Source: Eubacteriales bacterium
Lineage (GTDB): Bacteria; Bacillota; Clostridia; Oscillospirales; CAG-272
Reading direction: 5' to 3'
NCBI GenBank assembly: GCA_045659905.1
Contig: JAZRCT010000003.1
Coordinates: forward strand, 26,037-90,036
DNA length: 64,000 nt
The position numbers were made by a program, and so were the translations under genes. The notes beneath the pieces are model-generated. The model was given only the letters and a program-made list of their open reading frames with translations. It did not search any database and was not told the DNA's origin. Below are positions 47,278 through 56,591 of this stretch, piece by piece (within the stretch, counting starts at the first letter, position 1; the number at the start of each line of letters is the position of its first letter).

Positions 47278-47643
47278 ATGAAAACAGAAAAAATCACCGA
47301 AAATGAAATCTCCGAGCTTAAGGTTTCCTCCTTGCCAACACGTCCTACCTCACCCGTCACCTACGGCGGACGAGGCTTTACCGCAAGCGATATGAAGGCG
47401 GCGTTTGACCGGCTTCCGCTCTTTATAATCGAGCGTCTTAATTCGCTTATAGAGGATATCAAGGCACTCCCCGAGGAATCCGTTGCCGCCGACATTAGGA
47501 CGGGGATTCGTGAGGAGCATAGCCTGTCGGAGCTTTTTTCGGACATAGTAAGCGGTATTTTCTGCGAGTATCTCTCGGTAGGAGACGAAAGCTTATCCGA
47601 GTGGAAGTCAAGAGTTGACGCTTATATCTTAAGTCAGGAATAA
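47278..47643 (+). CDS. hypothetical protein
   Basis: 121-aa ORF with an RBS, within the cluster. Confidence 0.5.
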   Translation: MKTEKITENEISELKVSSLPTRPTSPVTYGGRGFTASDMKAAFDRLPLFIIERLNSLIEDIKALPEESVAADIRTGIREEHSLSELFSDIVSGIFCEYLSVGDESLSEWKSRVDAYILSQE

Positions 47644-47697
47644 AACGCTCGCTACTTACAAAATAATAACCATAATACCAGAAGAAAGGAACAATAT

Positions 47698-48120
47698 ATG
47701 ACAAGGATTGTTTACAAAAAGCGATTTGCTTCACTTCCTACGGAGGAGGGCGCAATAATCCTTAGGGAGGTTTCAGGCGCAGGTCTTGAGGAGGTTATAA
47801 TCGAGCTTTGCGACCTACCGTCGGGACATATACGCATCGGCGACGAGCGTTTTGAGGTAAAGAGCGGTGTAGCAAGAGTGAACCTCTGTGCGCTTACCGA
47901 CGGACTTTACACTCCTATTTACACAGTAGGCGCACGCTCGCTCGTATGCTCGCCCTTTATCAAGCGTCAGGGAGTAATATTAAGGCCGATCCCCGACGGT
48001 AGGGATATATCCCGCCTTGAGCTTCTTATCTCAAACCTTGAGGAGCGCATCAGCTCGCTTGAGGGGGAGCTTTCGGCTTTAAAAGTAAAAAGTGAATCTC
48101 AAAATTCTATTACTCTTTAA
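47698..48120 (+). CDS. hypothetical protein with C-terminal coiled coil
   Basis: 140-aa ORF with an RBS. C-terminal heptad-like segment LELLISNLEERISSLEGELSALK. Confidence 0.5.
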   Translation: MTRIVYKKRFASLPTEEGAIILREVSGAGLEEVIIELCDLPSGHIRIGDERFEVKSGVARVNLCALTDGLYTPIYTVGARSLVCSPFIKRQGVILRPIPDGRDISRLELLISNLEERISSLEGELSALKVKSESQNSITL

Positions 48121-48136
48121 CTAAAGGAAGGAAAAA

Positions 48137-48790
48137 ATGAAAAAGCTAATATTTATACCTATTATTATCGCTCTGCTCCTTGCGCTCACAGTCACCTCGG
48201 CGTTTGCGCTTGAGAGTGACACAAATACGATAGCGTCAGGTGCAGAGGGAAGCCAGAGCACAGAGTCCTCCGAAAATACAGAGGAGGCAGCCGAGGGTGA
48301 GGAAGCAAATATCTTCTCTACCGCATTTTCTGCTATATGCAACCACTCGGGCGAAATTCTTTCAGCAATTACCGCACTGCTTTCGGGTATCGTAATTTTC
48401 GTATACAAGCGTGGCATACTGCCTATTCTCTCGGGCGGGATTTCGGTAGTAAAGGGCGAGGTCGCAGAAATTGAAAAGCACTCAAAGGCGCAAAAGGAAA
48501 CCAGCCTTGCCCTATCATCGACGGTAAGCGACGGCCTTGCCTCGGCAAACGAGCGCCTTACCTCGCTTCAGGAAAATCTGACCTTGCTATCCGAGAGGCT
48601 TATTCTCGCCGAACATACATATAAGGGCACGGACGAGCTGTTCTCAGTGCTCTCCTCTCAGCTTGAAATGCTCTACGAGATATTTATGTCCTCCTCGCTT
48701 CCCGCTTATGAAAAGGAGCGTGTTGCCGAAAGGATTGCGGCTATGAAAGACTGCTTCACCAAAAAGACAGAGGAGCGAGAAAATGTATGA
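48137..48790 (+). CDS. membrane-associated protein (signal/anchor, acidic region, second TM, coiled coil)
   Basis: N-terminal MKKLIFIPIIIALLLALTVTSAFA. A second hydrophobic segment ILSAITALLSGIVIFVY. GGAAGGA RBS. Confidence 0.6.
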   Translation: MKKLIFIPIIIALLLALTVTSAFALESDTNTIASGAEGSQSTESSENTEEAAEGEEANIFSTAFSAICNHSGEILSAITALLSGIVIFVYKRGILPILSGGISVVKGEVAEIEKHSKAQKETSLALSSTVSDGLASANERLTSLQENLTLLSERLILAEHTYKGTDELFSVLSSQLEMLYEIFMSSSLPAYEKERVAERIAAMKDCFTKKTEERENV

Positions 48791-49148
48791 TAAAAGAAGA
48801 CTTATTTTCGGAATTATCGGGCTTCTGATATCAACCGTTCCCACCGCTCTTTGCGTGCTTTCCTATTTTCCGCTCTGGCAGGAGCGTGGAAGCGATTGCG
48901 TGCTGAGCGGCGTGGCGCTTATCCTTTTGCTGCTCTCGCTTATTCCGCTTATAAGAATAATCAAAGGCAAGCTTAAGACGCCTGCCGCCTATATGGTATG
49001 GCTTATAATCTTTGTTTTGTTTTTCTCGCTCTCAAAAATTGCCGACGAAATGACGGTAATTTCCTTCGTAGGCTTTACTACCAACCTTTTAGGCTCGGTA
49101 TTCTTTAAGCTATCGAAGAAAAAGGGAGGAGCAAATGAAGAGGATTAA
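48783..49148 (+). CDS. small polytopic membrane protein (about 4 TM)
   Basis: Four hydrophobic segments. Overlaps the upstream ORF by 8 nt, with a GAGGAG RBS. Confidence 0.6.
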   Translation: MYDKRRLIFGIIGLLISTVPTALCVLSYFPLWQERGSDCVLSGVALILLLLSLIPLIRIIKGKLKTPAAYMVWLIIFVLFFSLSKIADEMTVISFVGFTTNLLGSVFFKLSKKKGGANEED

Positions 49149-49983
49149 CGAGCTTGAAAGCAAAATCCTCGATTTCGGTGACACGCTGAAGCCGTCGCTT
49201 GAGAGCGTTATCAACAATATCGGCAAAATCGTAGCGCTGATATGCATAGCCGTGACGCTTCTCGTCACCTTTACTGAGGTTAGCTTTGCAAGCCTTGATA
49301 TAGGAAATACTCTGCCGACTCTTATTTTGCTCTTAGTGTCCTCTTATATAATTTACTTTTCCCTTGAGGACGCAGGCGAAAGGCTTGGGCAGAAAAGCGG
49401 CGAGTACATAGCGGCAAAGGAGCGCTTTGATATACAGAGGCAGAAAATCCGAGGCGAGCAAATAGGCGAGCTTCGGGACTTTCTTGAAGACTACACAAGG
49501 CGTGAGCTTGATTACCGAAGACGAAGCCTTTTATTCTCGCACGGGCTTACAGAGGAAGAGCTGAACGCATATATGAACGGCGAGAGTTTCTCCAGAAAAA
49601 AGCAACGCATACTTTACAAAATAGCCAAGAAAAAGCCAATCTCACTCACGCCTGAAAAGCTACTTGGCGGACTGCGCCCCTCGGAATCTCAAGGGCTTGA
49701 AGCGCCTTTTCGCAAAAAGCTTTTCAGCCTTATTACGAAGCTTTTGCCCTCTACTCTTTGTATGTGCGTAACGGTGTCGGTAATCCTACGTGTAAAATCG
49801 GATATGAGCGCCTCCGACGTGCTTACCGCACTGCTTAAGCTGAGCGCACTTCCGATAGTCGGCTTCAAGGGCTATTCGGCAGGCTACGCCTATGCAAAGT
49901 GCAGTCTCAGCGTATGGCTTAATACCAAAGCCGATTTGCTCGAAAGCTTCCTTGCCGAGCGCTCGGTGACAAGCAGCGAATAA
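49135..49983 (+). CDS. polytopic membrane protein
   Basis: Two N-terminal and two C-terminal hydrophobic segments around a charged central region. GGGAGGAG RBS. Overlaps the upstream ORF. Confidence 0.6.
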   Translation: MKRINELESKILDFGDTLKPSLESVINNIGKIVALICIAVTLLVTFTEVSFASLDIGNTLPTLILLLVSSYIIYFSLEDAGERLGQKSGEYIAAKERFDIQRQKIRGEQIGELRDFLEDYTRRELDYRRRSLLFSHGLTEEELNAYMNGESFSRKKQRILYKIAKKKPISLTPEKLLGGLRPSESQGLEAPFRKKLFSLITKLLPSTLCMCVTVSVILRVKSDMSASDVLTALLKLSALPIVGFKGYSAGYAYAKCSLSVWLNTKADLLESFLAERSVTSSE

Positions 49984-50019
49984 GCGCACCTTCTTTATTT
50001 ATATTTTTATAAATACCGC

Positions 50020-50048
50020 TTGCTAAGACGGCAAGAATATGCTAAAAT
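50020..50048 (+). promoter_or_regulatory. sigma-A type promoter upstream of the helicase gene
   Basis: TTGCTA, 17-nt spacer, TGc-TAAAAT. This leaves a leader of about 150 nt before ATG 50202. Confidence 0.55.
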
Positions 50049-50201
50049 ATTTATAAATGAAATGCACAGAATCTGCGCTAAGCTTAAGTCAGGGCTTGGC
50101 GCAGGCGTATAAAGGGACAGAGGGCAAGCCTTTGGGTAAAAAGCTCAAAAAGCAGCGCTCTCCTTTATGCCCTTAAAAATCAAAAGAGAGGGGGATATTC
50201 T

Positions 50202-52562
50202 ATGAGATACGATAGCACACAAGACAAAATTTACATTGGCGTATCCGAGCTTGTGGCTACCGCAAGGCGTGGAATTTCCCCCGCCCATAATGGCTATACC
50301 GACGAACCTGCCGTGCGATGCGAGGGAGGCGGAGAGCGCTTCAGCTACGATTTTCAGGACGGCGATATAAGCTTCTCTCTGTATTCCGATATTGACGCTA
50401 CGGACGAAGGTCTGCGCCTTATATTTCTCCGTGAGAGCCACGAAAAAAAGCCAACCAAGGAGGAATCTGAGCTTGCACGGGGCGAAGCGTATCTTTCGGC
50501 AAAGCTTCTTTTTGAAGCAGGAAGAAAAAGCACCGATAAAATCAAAGCAGAAATCAAATATACCCCTCTTTACTCGGGCGACGAGCACAGCGAGGTCGAA
50601 TATATCACGGCAGAGCGTGCCGAGAGCTTCCTCCAAAGATGCCTGACGGGCTTAAGAAAAAAGGCACGAGCCGAAATCGAGCGTGTCACACTGCGTCTTC
50701 CTACTATGAAATCGGCAGCATTCCCCTACCGCAGCGTGCGTGAGGGACAAAGAGAGTTTATAAGACAGACCTATAAGACCATAGCCAAGGGCGGCGAGCT
50801 GTTCAGCGAAGCGCCGACGGGTACGGGCAAGACGGTATCGGCGCTCTTTCCCGCCATTCGTGCGCTCGGCGAGGAAAAATGCGAAAAGGTATTCTACTTC
50901 ACCCCAAAGACGACTATCGCCAAGGCGGCAAAAGACTGCCTTACGCTATTTGAAGCTCAAGGGGTAAAAATACGAGCGGTGATACTTATATCAAAGGAGC
51001 GGCTTTGCCAAAGGGGTACGGTATGCCGCCGTGACCGTGACCTCTGCGACGCCTCCTTCGGCAAGCGGCTTACCGAGGCTACCTTTGCGCTTTTCGACAA
51101 GGCGCTTACGGTGGTGGATTTTCAGGAAATCAGGAGAACGGCAAAGGACTTCGGAGTATGTCCGCACGAGCTTTCGCTTTCATATAGCGAGCTTTGCGAT
51201 ATAATTATCTGCGATTTCAATTATCTTTTCGACCCGCAGGTCTATATCAAGCGCTTTTTCTCGAAGCGAGGCGAATACGCCTTTCTTATAGACGAGGCGC
51301 ACAATCTTCAGGACAGAGCACGGGAAATGTACAGTGCCGCATTATCGACCGATAAGCTTTGTGAGGTTCTGGCGTCGCCGCTTCTTCAGGACGGCTCGGA
51401 GCTTAAGACGGAAATCAAGCGTGCCCACTCTGCGCTTAAAGAAATTTTATATCCCTTAGTCAAGGACGAAATCAGGACTGACAGTGAGGGCAAGGCGTAC
51501 GCCGCCTACCACACAAAAGCTCATCCTGCGGAGCTTTATTTGATAATAGGCTCGCTGCTTCACACTGCGGAAAAATCCCTTCAAAGAGAATACACCGCAA
51601 AGGATTCAGATAAGAAGCCCAGGATTTCGCTTATCAGAGATTTCCTTTCCGAGATTAAGAAATTCAATACGGCTCTGTCGAGGTACGACGACGGCTTTGA
51701 GACCTTCGTTTTTCTGGACGGCGACAATATAGAAATCAAGCTTTTCTGCATTGACACGGGCAGGGTGATACGAGAGCGCCTTGCGCTCGGCAAAAGCTCC
51801 GTATTCTTCTCGGGCACGCTTACGCCGCTGTCTTATTACCGCTCGGTGCTTGGCGGCGACCGCTCCTCAAATCAGCTGACGCTTCCCTCCCCATTCGTAA
51901 AGGAGCAGCTTTCGGTCTTCGTTATGGACAAAATAAGCACGAGATATATAGAAAGAGAGGACACCCTCCTTGCTGTATGCCGTGCGGTGGCGGCGACGCT
52001 TTCGGCAAAGCGCGGAAATTATATGATTTTCTCGCCCTCGTTTGCTTATTCAGAGGCACTCTACAAGCTCTTTTGTGCTAAGTACCCCAAGCTTAAGGCG
52101 TTACTCCAGACGCCACGTATGACCGAAAAGGAAAAGCGGGATTTCATAGAAAGCTTCGCCAAAGAGGATAAAGGCTACCTCGTCGGATTTTGCGTGATGG
52201 GCGGCATCTTCTCCGAGGGAATCGACCTTTCGGGCGATAAGCTTATCGGAGCCGTGGTGGTCGGAATAGGTATGCCGACACCGACCTTTGAGCGTGAGGC
52301 AATCAGATCCTACTACGACGAGCTGCTTGAGGAGGGTATGCAGTACGCCTATATTTACCCCGGTATGAACCGTGTATTTCAGGCGGCAGGCAGAGTAATA
52401 AGAAGCGAGATGGACCGTGGAATAGTCGTGCTTATAGACGACCGTTTCTCAGACCCGATATATAAAAATACCGCCCCTACGCTCTTTTCGGATATGAGAT
52501 TTATATCCGATGCAAACGAGCTGAAAAGAGAGGCGGAAGCCTTCTGGCAGGACGGCGAATAG
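50202..52562 (+). CDS. Rad3/XPD/DinG-family (DEAD_2) helicase with Fe-S cysteine cluster and an N-terminal nuclease-like domain of about 170 aa
   Basis: Walker A EAPTGTGKT and DEAH box LIDEAHNL. Four Cys between them (LCQRGTVCRRDRDLCDA...GVCPHE). The N-terminal IYIGVSELV... segment resembles PD-(D/E)xK-helicase fusions. Confidence 0.75.
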   Translation: MRYDSTQDKIYIGVSELVATARRGISPAHNGYTDEPAVRCEGGGERFSYDFQDGDISFSLYSDIDATDEGLRLIFLRESHEKKPTKEESELARGEAYLSAKLLFEAGRKSTDKIKAEIKYTPLYSGDEHSEVEYITAERAESFLQRCLTGLRKKARAEIERVTLRLPTMKSAAFPYRSVREGQREFIRQTYKTIAKGGELFSEAPTGTGKTVSALFPAIRALGEEKCEKVFYFTPKTTIAKAAKDCLTLFEAQGVKIRAVILISKERLCQRGTVCRRDRDLCDASFGKRLTEATFALFDKALTVVDFQEIRRTAKDFGVCPHELSLSYSELCDIIICDFNYLFDPQVYIKRFFSKRGEYAFLIDEAHNLQDRAREMYSAALSTDKLCEVLASPLLQDGSELKTEIKRAHSALKEILYPLVKDEIRTDSEGKAYAAYHTKAHPAELYLIIGSLLHTAEKSLQREYTAKDSDKKPRISLIRDFLSEIKKFNTALSRYDDGFETFVFLDGDNIEIKLFCIDTGRVIRERLALGKSSVFFSGTLTPLSYYRSVLGGDRSSNQLTLPSPFVKEQLSVFVMDKISTRYIEREDTLLAVCRAVAATLSAKRGNYMIFSPSFAYSEALYKLFCAKYPKLKALLQTPRMTEKEKRDFIESFAKEDKGYLVGFCVMGGIFSEGIDLSGDKLIGAVVVGIGMPTPTFEREAIRSYYDELLEEGMQYAYIYPGMNRVFQAAGRVIRSEMDRGIVVLIDDRFSDPIYKNTAPTLFSDMRFISDANELKREAEAFWQDGE

Positions 52563-52612
52563 GGGCAAATTGACTAGTTGTATTTACATTTATGGAATAA
52601 AAAACAAACAAA

Positions 52613-52644
52613 AAGGCTATCTCAGAATTTAGCGAGATAGCCTT
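52613..52644. terminator. bidirectional terminator between the helicase gene and mtnN
   Basis: AAGGCTATCTC / GAGATAGCCTT hairpin, with an A-rich tract before and a T-rich tract after. Confidence 0.65.
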
Positions 52645-52652
52645 GATTTTTA

Positions 52653-53348
52653 TTAGTAATGCTCAATTAAAGCGAGCGTAAGATTTGCCGAGCGCTCTGC
52701 GGCGATAGGTAAAAATCTCGCATAGTCCATATTCGAGCTGTCGTCAGCCGAGTCGGAAATCGCTCTTATTACCGCAAAGGGAACTCTGTTCACAAACGCC
52801 GTCTGAGCTATTGCGCCGCCCTCCATTTCGCAGGCGTCGGCATCAAACAGCGCTCTTATCCCAGCCTTATCCTCGGCGCTTGCAACGAACCTGTCGCCCG
52901 TAGCAACGATACCTATTCTGTATGAATAGCCAAGCTCCTCGGCCGAATGGGAGAGAATATGAAGTGCTCTGTTGTCTGCACTGAAGAACACCTTATTGAT
53001 ACCCGAAATCAATCCCTTCGGGTCGCCGAGCGGCGAGGTGTCCATATCGTGCTGGACAAGGCTTCCCGCTATAACTATGTCGGTGGGCTTAAGCCCCGAC
53101 TTCAATGCGCCGCCTACGCCCGTGTTTATAATAAGCGATGGCGAAAAGGTCATTATCATAGCCGTAGCACATATGGCGGCAAATACCTTGCCAACACCGC
53201 ATTTGGCTATGCATACGCTCTTGCCGAGAAGCTCGCCGCAGTAAAAATCTATACCGCAGACACGCTCCACCTTAGGCGAGGTAAGCATTGATATAAGCTT
53301 ATCAACCTCAGGCTTCATAGCGCCTATAATTCCGATATCGGCTTTCAT
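52653..53348 (-). CDS. mtnN: 5'-methylthioadenosine/S-adenosylhomocysteine nucleosidase
   Basis: 231-aa ORF with IGIIGAM...GVGKV...TGVGGAL...CEMEG motifs typical of Pfs/MtnN. Confidence 0.9.
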   Translation of the reverse strand: MKADIGIIGAMKPEVDKLISMLTSPKVERVCGIDFYCGELLGKSVCIAKCGVGKVFAAICATAMIMTFSPSLIINTGVGGALKSGLKPTDIVIAGSLVQHDMDTSPLGDPKGLISGINKVFFSADNRALHILSHSAEELGYSYRIGIVATGDRFVASAEDKAGIRALFDADACEMEGGAIAQTAFVNRVPFAVIRAISDSADDSSNMDYARFLPIAAERSANLTLALIEHY

Positions 53349-53375
53349 TTTAAAGCTCCTTTTTAAGAAAATATT

Positions 53376-53846
53376 TCAGGCTTTATTCGGATAGTCGAAA
53401 TGCGTCTTGCATCTGTTAAGCTCGTTAAGGTATCTTTTGCACTCACGCTTAGCAAAGTCGAGGTCAAGCTCACGGTAGTTGCCGCACTCCACTCTCGTTG
53501 CGCCGAAAATCTCGGAATCGTGCTCTATTACCTTTTTTAAAGCGTCCTTAACTGCAAGAAGCACACGCTCATGGTCGCTCGTTCTTACGAGAAGATAAAA
53601 TCCCGTGCGGCATCCCATAGGTCCGAAATATAAAACCTCACTGCCGATATCACCCGAGCGGATATAGGTAGCGAGCATATGCTCGACCGAGTGCATAGTG
53701 ATATTATCCATATAATCACCCGCATTAGGCACACGGGTACGAAGGTCGTAGGTGGTAACGTCGCCGTCTATGCGTGAAATATAGATGTTCGGAGTGATAT
53801 AATCGTGATTTACCGTAAATGAGGCAATTTTCTCAGGAGTATTCAT
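53376..53846 (-). CDS. luxS: S-ribosylhomocysteine lyase
   Basis: Metal motif HSVEHMLAT and MGCRTGFY. ATG 53846 lies 1 nt after the glyQS stop. Confidence 0.9.
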   Translation of the reverse strand: MNTPEKIASFTVNHDYITPNIYISRIDGDVTTYDLRTRVPNAGDYMDNITMHSVEHMLATYIRSGDIGSEVLYFGPMGCRTGFYLLVRTSDHERVLLAVKDALKKVIEHDSEIFGATRVECGNYRELDLDFAKRECKRYLNELNRCKTHFDYPNKA

Positions 53847-53847
53847 A

Positions 53848-55239
53848 TCAGAACTCAAGCTTAGCCTCGATATAAGCCGCAACCTCTGCTATGGGAAGTC
53901 TTACCTGCTCCATAGTATCTCTGTCACGGACGGTAACGCAGCCGTCGTTCTCGCTCTCGAAATCGTAGGTAACGCAGAAGGGTGTGCCTATCTCGTCCTC
54001 ACGGCGGTATCTCTTACCGATAGAGCCCGTTTCGTCAAAGTCAACCGCAAATCTCTTAGCAAGAAGGTCGTATACCTCGAGCGCACGCTCAGAGAGCTTC
54101 TTTGAAAGAGGAAGCACTGCGCACTTATAGGGTGCTAATGCAGGGTGAAGTCTTAAAACTACTCTCGAATCGCCCTCGGAGAGCTGCTCCTCGTCGTATG
54201 CGTCAACTAAGAATGCAAGCGCAACTCTGTCAGCGCCGAGCGAGGGCTCGACAACGTAAGGAGTATATCTTTCGTTGGTCTCGGGGTCAAAGTAGGTCAT
54301 ATCCTTGCCAGAGAACTTTTCGTGCTGACCGAGGTCGTAATCGGTTCTGTCGGCGATACCCCAAAGCTCACCCCAGCCAAACGGGAACAGGAATTCAAAG
54401 TCGGTAGTAGCCTTGGAATAGAAGCAAAGCTCCTCGGGGTCGTGGTCACGAAGCCTCAAATTCTCGTCACGCATACCAAGGTCGAGAAGCCACTTATGGC
54501 AAAAGTCCTTCCAATACTTGAACCATTCAAGGTCGGTGCCGGGCTTGCAGAAAAATTCAAGCTCCATCTGCTCAAACTCACGGGTACGGAAGGTGAAGTT
54601 ACCGGGGGTAATCTCGTTACGGAAGGACTTACCTATCTGGCATACGCCAAAGGGAAGCTTTCTTCTCGTCGCTCTTTGGGTTGATGCAAAGTTGACGAAT
54701 ATACCCTGCGCCGTCTCGGGGCGAAGATATACGGTGCTCGAGGAATCCTCGGTAACGCCTATAAAGGTCTTGAACATAAGATTGAATTTCTTAATATCGG
54801 TGAATTCCTTACCGCCGCAGATGGGGCAGACTATTCCCTTGTCCGCAATAAACTTAGCCATCTCCTCGAAGCTCCAGGCAGCGGGGTTATCGTCTGTGCC
54901 GTTCTGAAATGCGTAGTCCTCGATAAGCTTGTCCGCTCTGTGGCGTGCCTTACAGCCCTTGCAGTCCATAAGGGGGTCGGAAAATCCGCCTACGTGTCCA
55001 GAAGCTACCCAAGCCTGAGGGTTCATTATAATAGCCGAGTCAAGTCCCACGTTGTAGCGTGATTCCTGAACGAACTTTTTCCACCAGGCACGCTTTACGT
55101 TGTTCTTAAACTCAACGCCGAGAGGGCCGTAATCCCAGCTGTTAGCAAGTCCACCGTATATTTCCGAGCCGGGGAATATAAAGCCTCTTGTCTTGCAAAG
55201 AGCTACGATTTTGTCCATTGTCTTTTTGCTGTTTTCCAT
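53848..55239 (-). CDS. glyQS: glycine--tRNA ligase (homodimeric alpha2 type)
   Basis: 463-aa class II aaRS with [24 protein letters not shown] and a C-terminal anticodon-binding domain. Confidence 0.9.
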   Translation of the reverse strand: MENSKKTMDKIVALCKTRGFIFPGSEIYGGLANSWDYGPLGVEFKNNVKRAWWKKFVQESRYNVGLDSAIIMNPQAWVASGHVGGFSDPLMDCKGCKARHRADKLIEDYAFQNGTDDNPAAWSFEEMAKFIADKGIVCPICGGKEFTDIKKFNLMFKTFIGVTEDSSSTVYLRPETAQGIFVNFASTQRATRRKLPFGVCQIGKSFRNEITPGNFTFRTREFEQMELEFFCKPGTDLEWFKYWKDFCHKWLLDLGMRDENLRLRDHDPEELCFYSKATTDFEFLFPFGWGELWGIADRTDYDLGQHEKFSGKDMTYFDPETNERYTPYVVEPSLGADRVALAFLVDAYDEEQLSEGDSRVVLRLHPALAPYKCAVLPLSKKLSERALEVYDLLAKRFAVDFDETGSIGKRYRREDEIGTPFCVTYDFESENDGCVTVRDRDTMEQVRLPIAEVAAYIEAKLEF

Positions 55240-55283
55240 AATAAATCTCCGTGTATTTAAATAATTATTTACAAAATGTATGC

Positions 55284-56591
55284 TTAAATAATTTCGACTA
55301 TCAGCATTTCATCCTTGATGCCGACAGGTCTGCACTCCCGTATCTCGCCTCTTAAATCGTCAGCTGTCGGCAGACACTCAACCTCGATAAAGCTATCAGA
55401 ATGTCCGACGAAGCCGCCGGAGTCCGCTCTCGTTTCAAATATGCACGAAAGAGTCTCTCCGCTAAGAAGCAGCGCCGAAAGCGCTTTTTGCTTCGCCTCT
55501 CTTACCTTGGCTATCAGCCGCTCGCTGCGCTCGTGCTTTACAGATTCCGAAATCTGCTCTTTGTATAAGGCGGCGTCGGTGCCGTGCCTTTTTGAATATG
55601 CAAACACGTGGGCGTCGAAAAGCCTCGCCTCGTCGACTATCGACAGAGTATCAAGGAAGTCCTCCTCGCTCTCACCGGGGAAGCCTACCATAAGGTCGGT
55701 AGTAAACTTCGCTTTCGGAAAATATTCTCTGAGCCTTGCGATATTCTCTAAAAGCTGCGCTCTTGAATAGCGCCTGCGCATTTTGCGAAGCACTCCGTCA
55801 GAGCCTGACTGAATTGATATATGAAAATGCGGCGCAAGCCTTTTTGCGTCCTTTATTTTGTCGGCAAAGTCACGCCCCACAAGCTCGGGCGCTAACGAGC
55901 CGAGCCTTATTCGCTCGGGGAAGCCAAGCAATTCAAGCTCCATAATCAAATCCGCAAGACGGTATTCTTTATCAAAATCCTTGCCGTAAGAGCCGGTTTC
56001 AATACCCGTAAGCACGATTTCACGCACGCCCGAATCACAAAGCGCTCTTATTTCCTCAATCAAAGCCTCACGGGGCTTGCTTCTCACATTACCTCTCGCC
56101 GAGGGGATTGCGCAGTAGGAGCATTTAGCCTCGCAGCCGTCCTCTATTTTAACGTACACTCTCGTCCTCGGAGCGCCCTTTACGGTCATAGGCTCAAAGG
56201 CAGCGCCATTAAGGTCGCCGACCGATATATACCTCTCGCCCGCTCTTAGGGAAAGCGCTATATCGGGGAGCTTCATTTTGCCCTCCGTGCCTATCACGGC
56301 ATCGACCTCGGGCATAGAAAATACCTCCTCGGGTGAGCGCTGGGAATAGCAGCCGCACACAAGCACGAAGGCTTCGGGATTCTTCCGCTTCAGCCGTCTT
56401 ATTATCTGCCTCGACTTGCGGTCGCCCTCAGCGGTAACCGTGCAAGTGTTTATCACGTAAAAATCGCAGGGCAATGAGGAATCAGACACCGAAAAGCCTC
56501 GGCGCATAAATTCCTCTGCAATAGCCTCGCTCTCGTATTGCGACACCTTGCAGCCAAGAGTGTAAAAGCCTACCGTAGGTCCTTTAATCAC
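55284..56591 (-). CDS. mtaB: tRNA (t6A37) methylthiotransferase MtaB
   Basis: N-terminal [13 protein letters not shown] and radical SAM CxxxCxxC (CEAKCSYC). Size of 435 aa. Confidence 0.8.
   Translation of the reverse strand: MIKGPTVGFYTLGCKVSQYESEAIAEEFMRRGFSVSDSSLPCDFYVINTCTVTAEGDRKSRQIIRRLKRKNPEAFVLVCGCYSQRSPEEVFSMPEVDAVIGTEGKMKLPDIALSLRAGERYISVGDLNGAAFEPMTVKGAPRTRVYVKIEDGCEAKCSYCAIPSARGNVRSKPREALIEEIRALCDSGVREIVLTGIETGSYGKDFDKEYRLADLIMELELLGFPERIRLGSLAPELVGRDFADKIKDAKRLAPHFHISIQSGSDGVLRKMRRRYSRAQLLENIARLREYFPKAKFTTDLMVGFPGESEEDFLDTLSIVDEARLFDAHVFAYSKRHGTDAALYKEQISESVKHERSERLIAKVREAKQKALSALLLSGETLSCIFETRADSGGFVGHSDSFIEVECLPTADDLRGEIRECRPVGIKDEMLIVEII

Larger units (their letters stand above)
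37304..49983 (+). mobile_element. phage-derived virion morphogenesis gene cluster (15 co-oriented ORFs) with no recognisable integrase, lysogeny, replication or lysis genes
   Basis: Order: terminase small/large, portal-sized ORF, scaffold-like, coat-sized ORF, large structural ORF, membrane ORFs. Tight translational coupling (TAGTG, GTGA, TGATG overlaps). Flanked directly by an ABC-F gene and a helicase gene. Confidence 0.75.

Noticed and set aside
50145-50636. 163-aa minus-strand ORF overlapping the start of the helicase gene.
   Set aside because: It is antisense to a well-supported CDS with clear helicase motifs, and it has no RBS or promoter.
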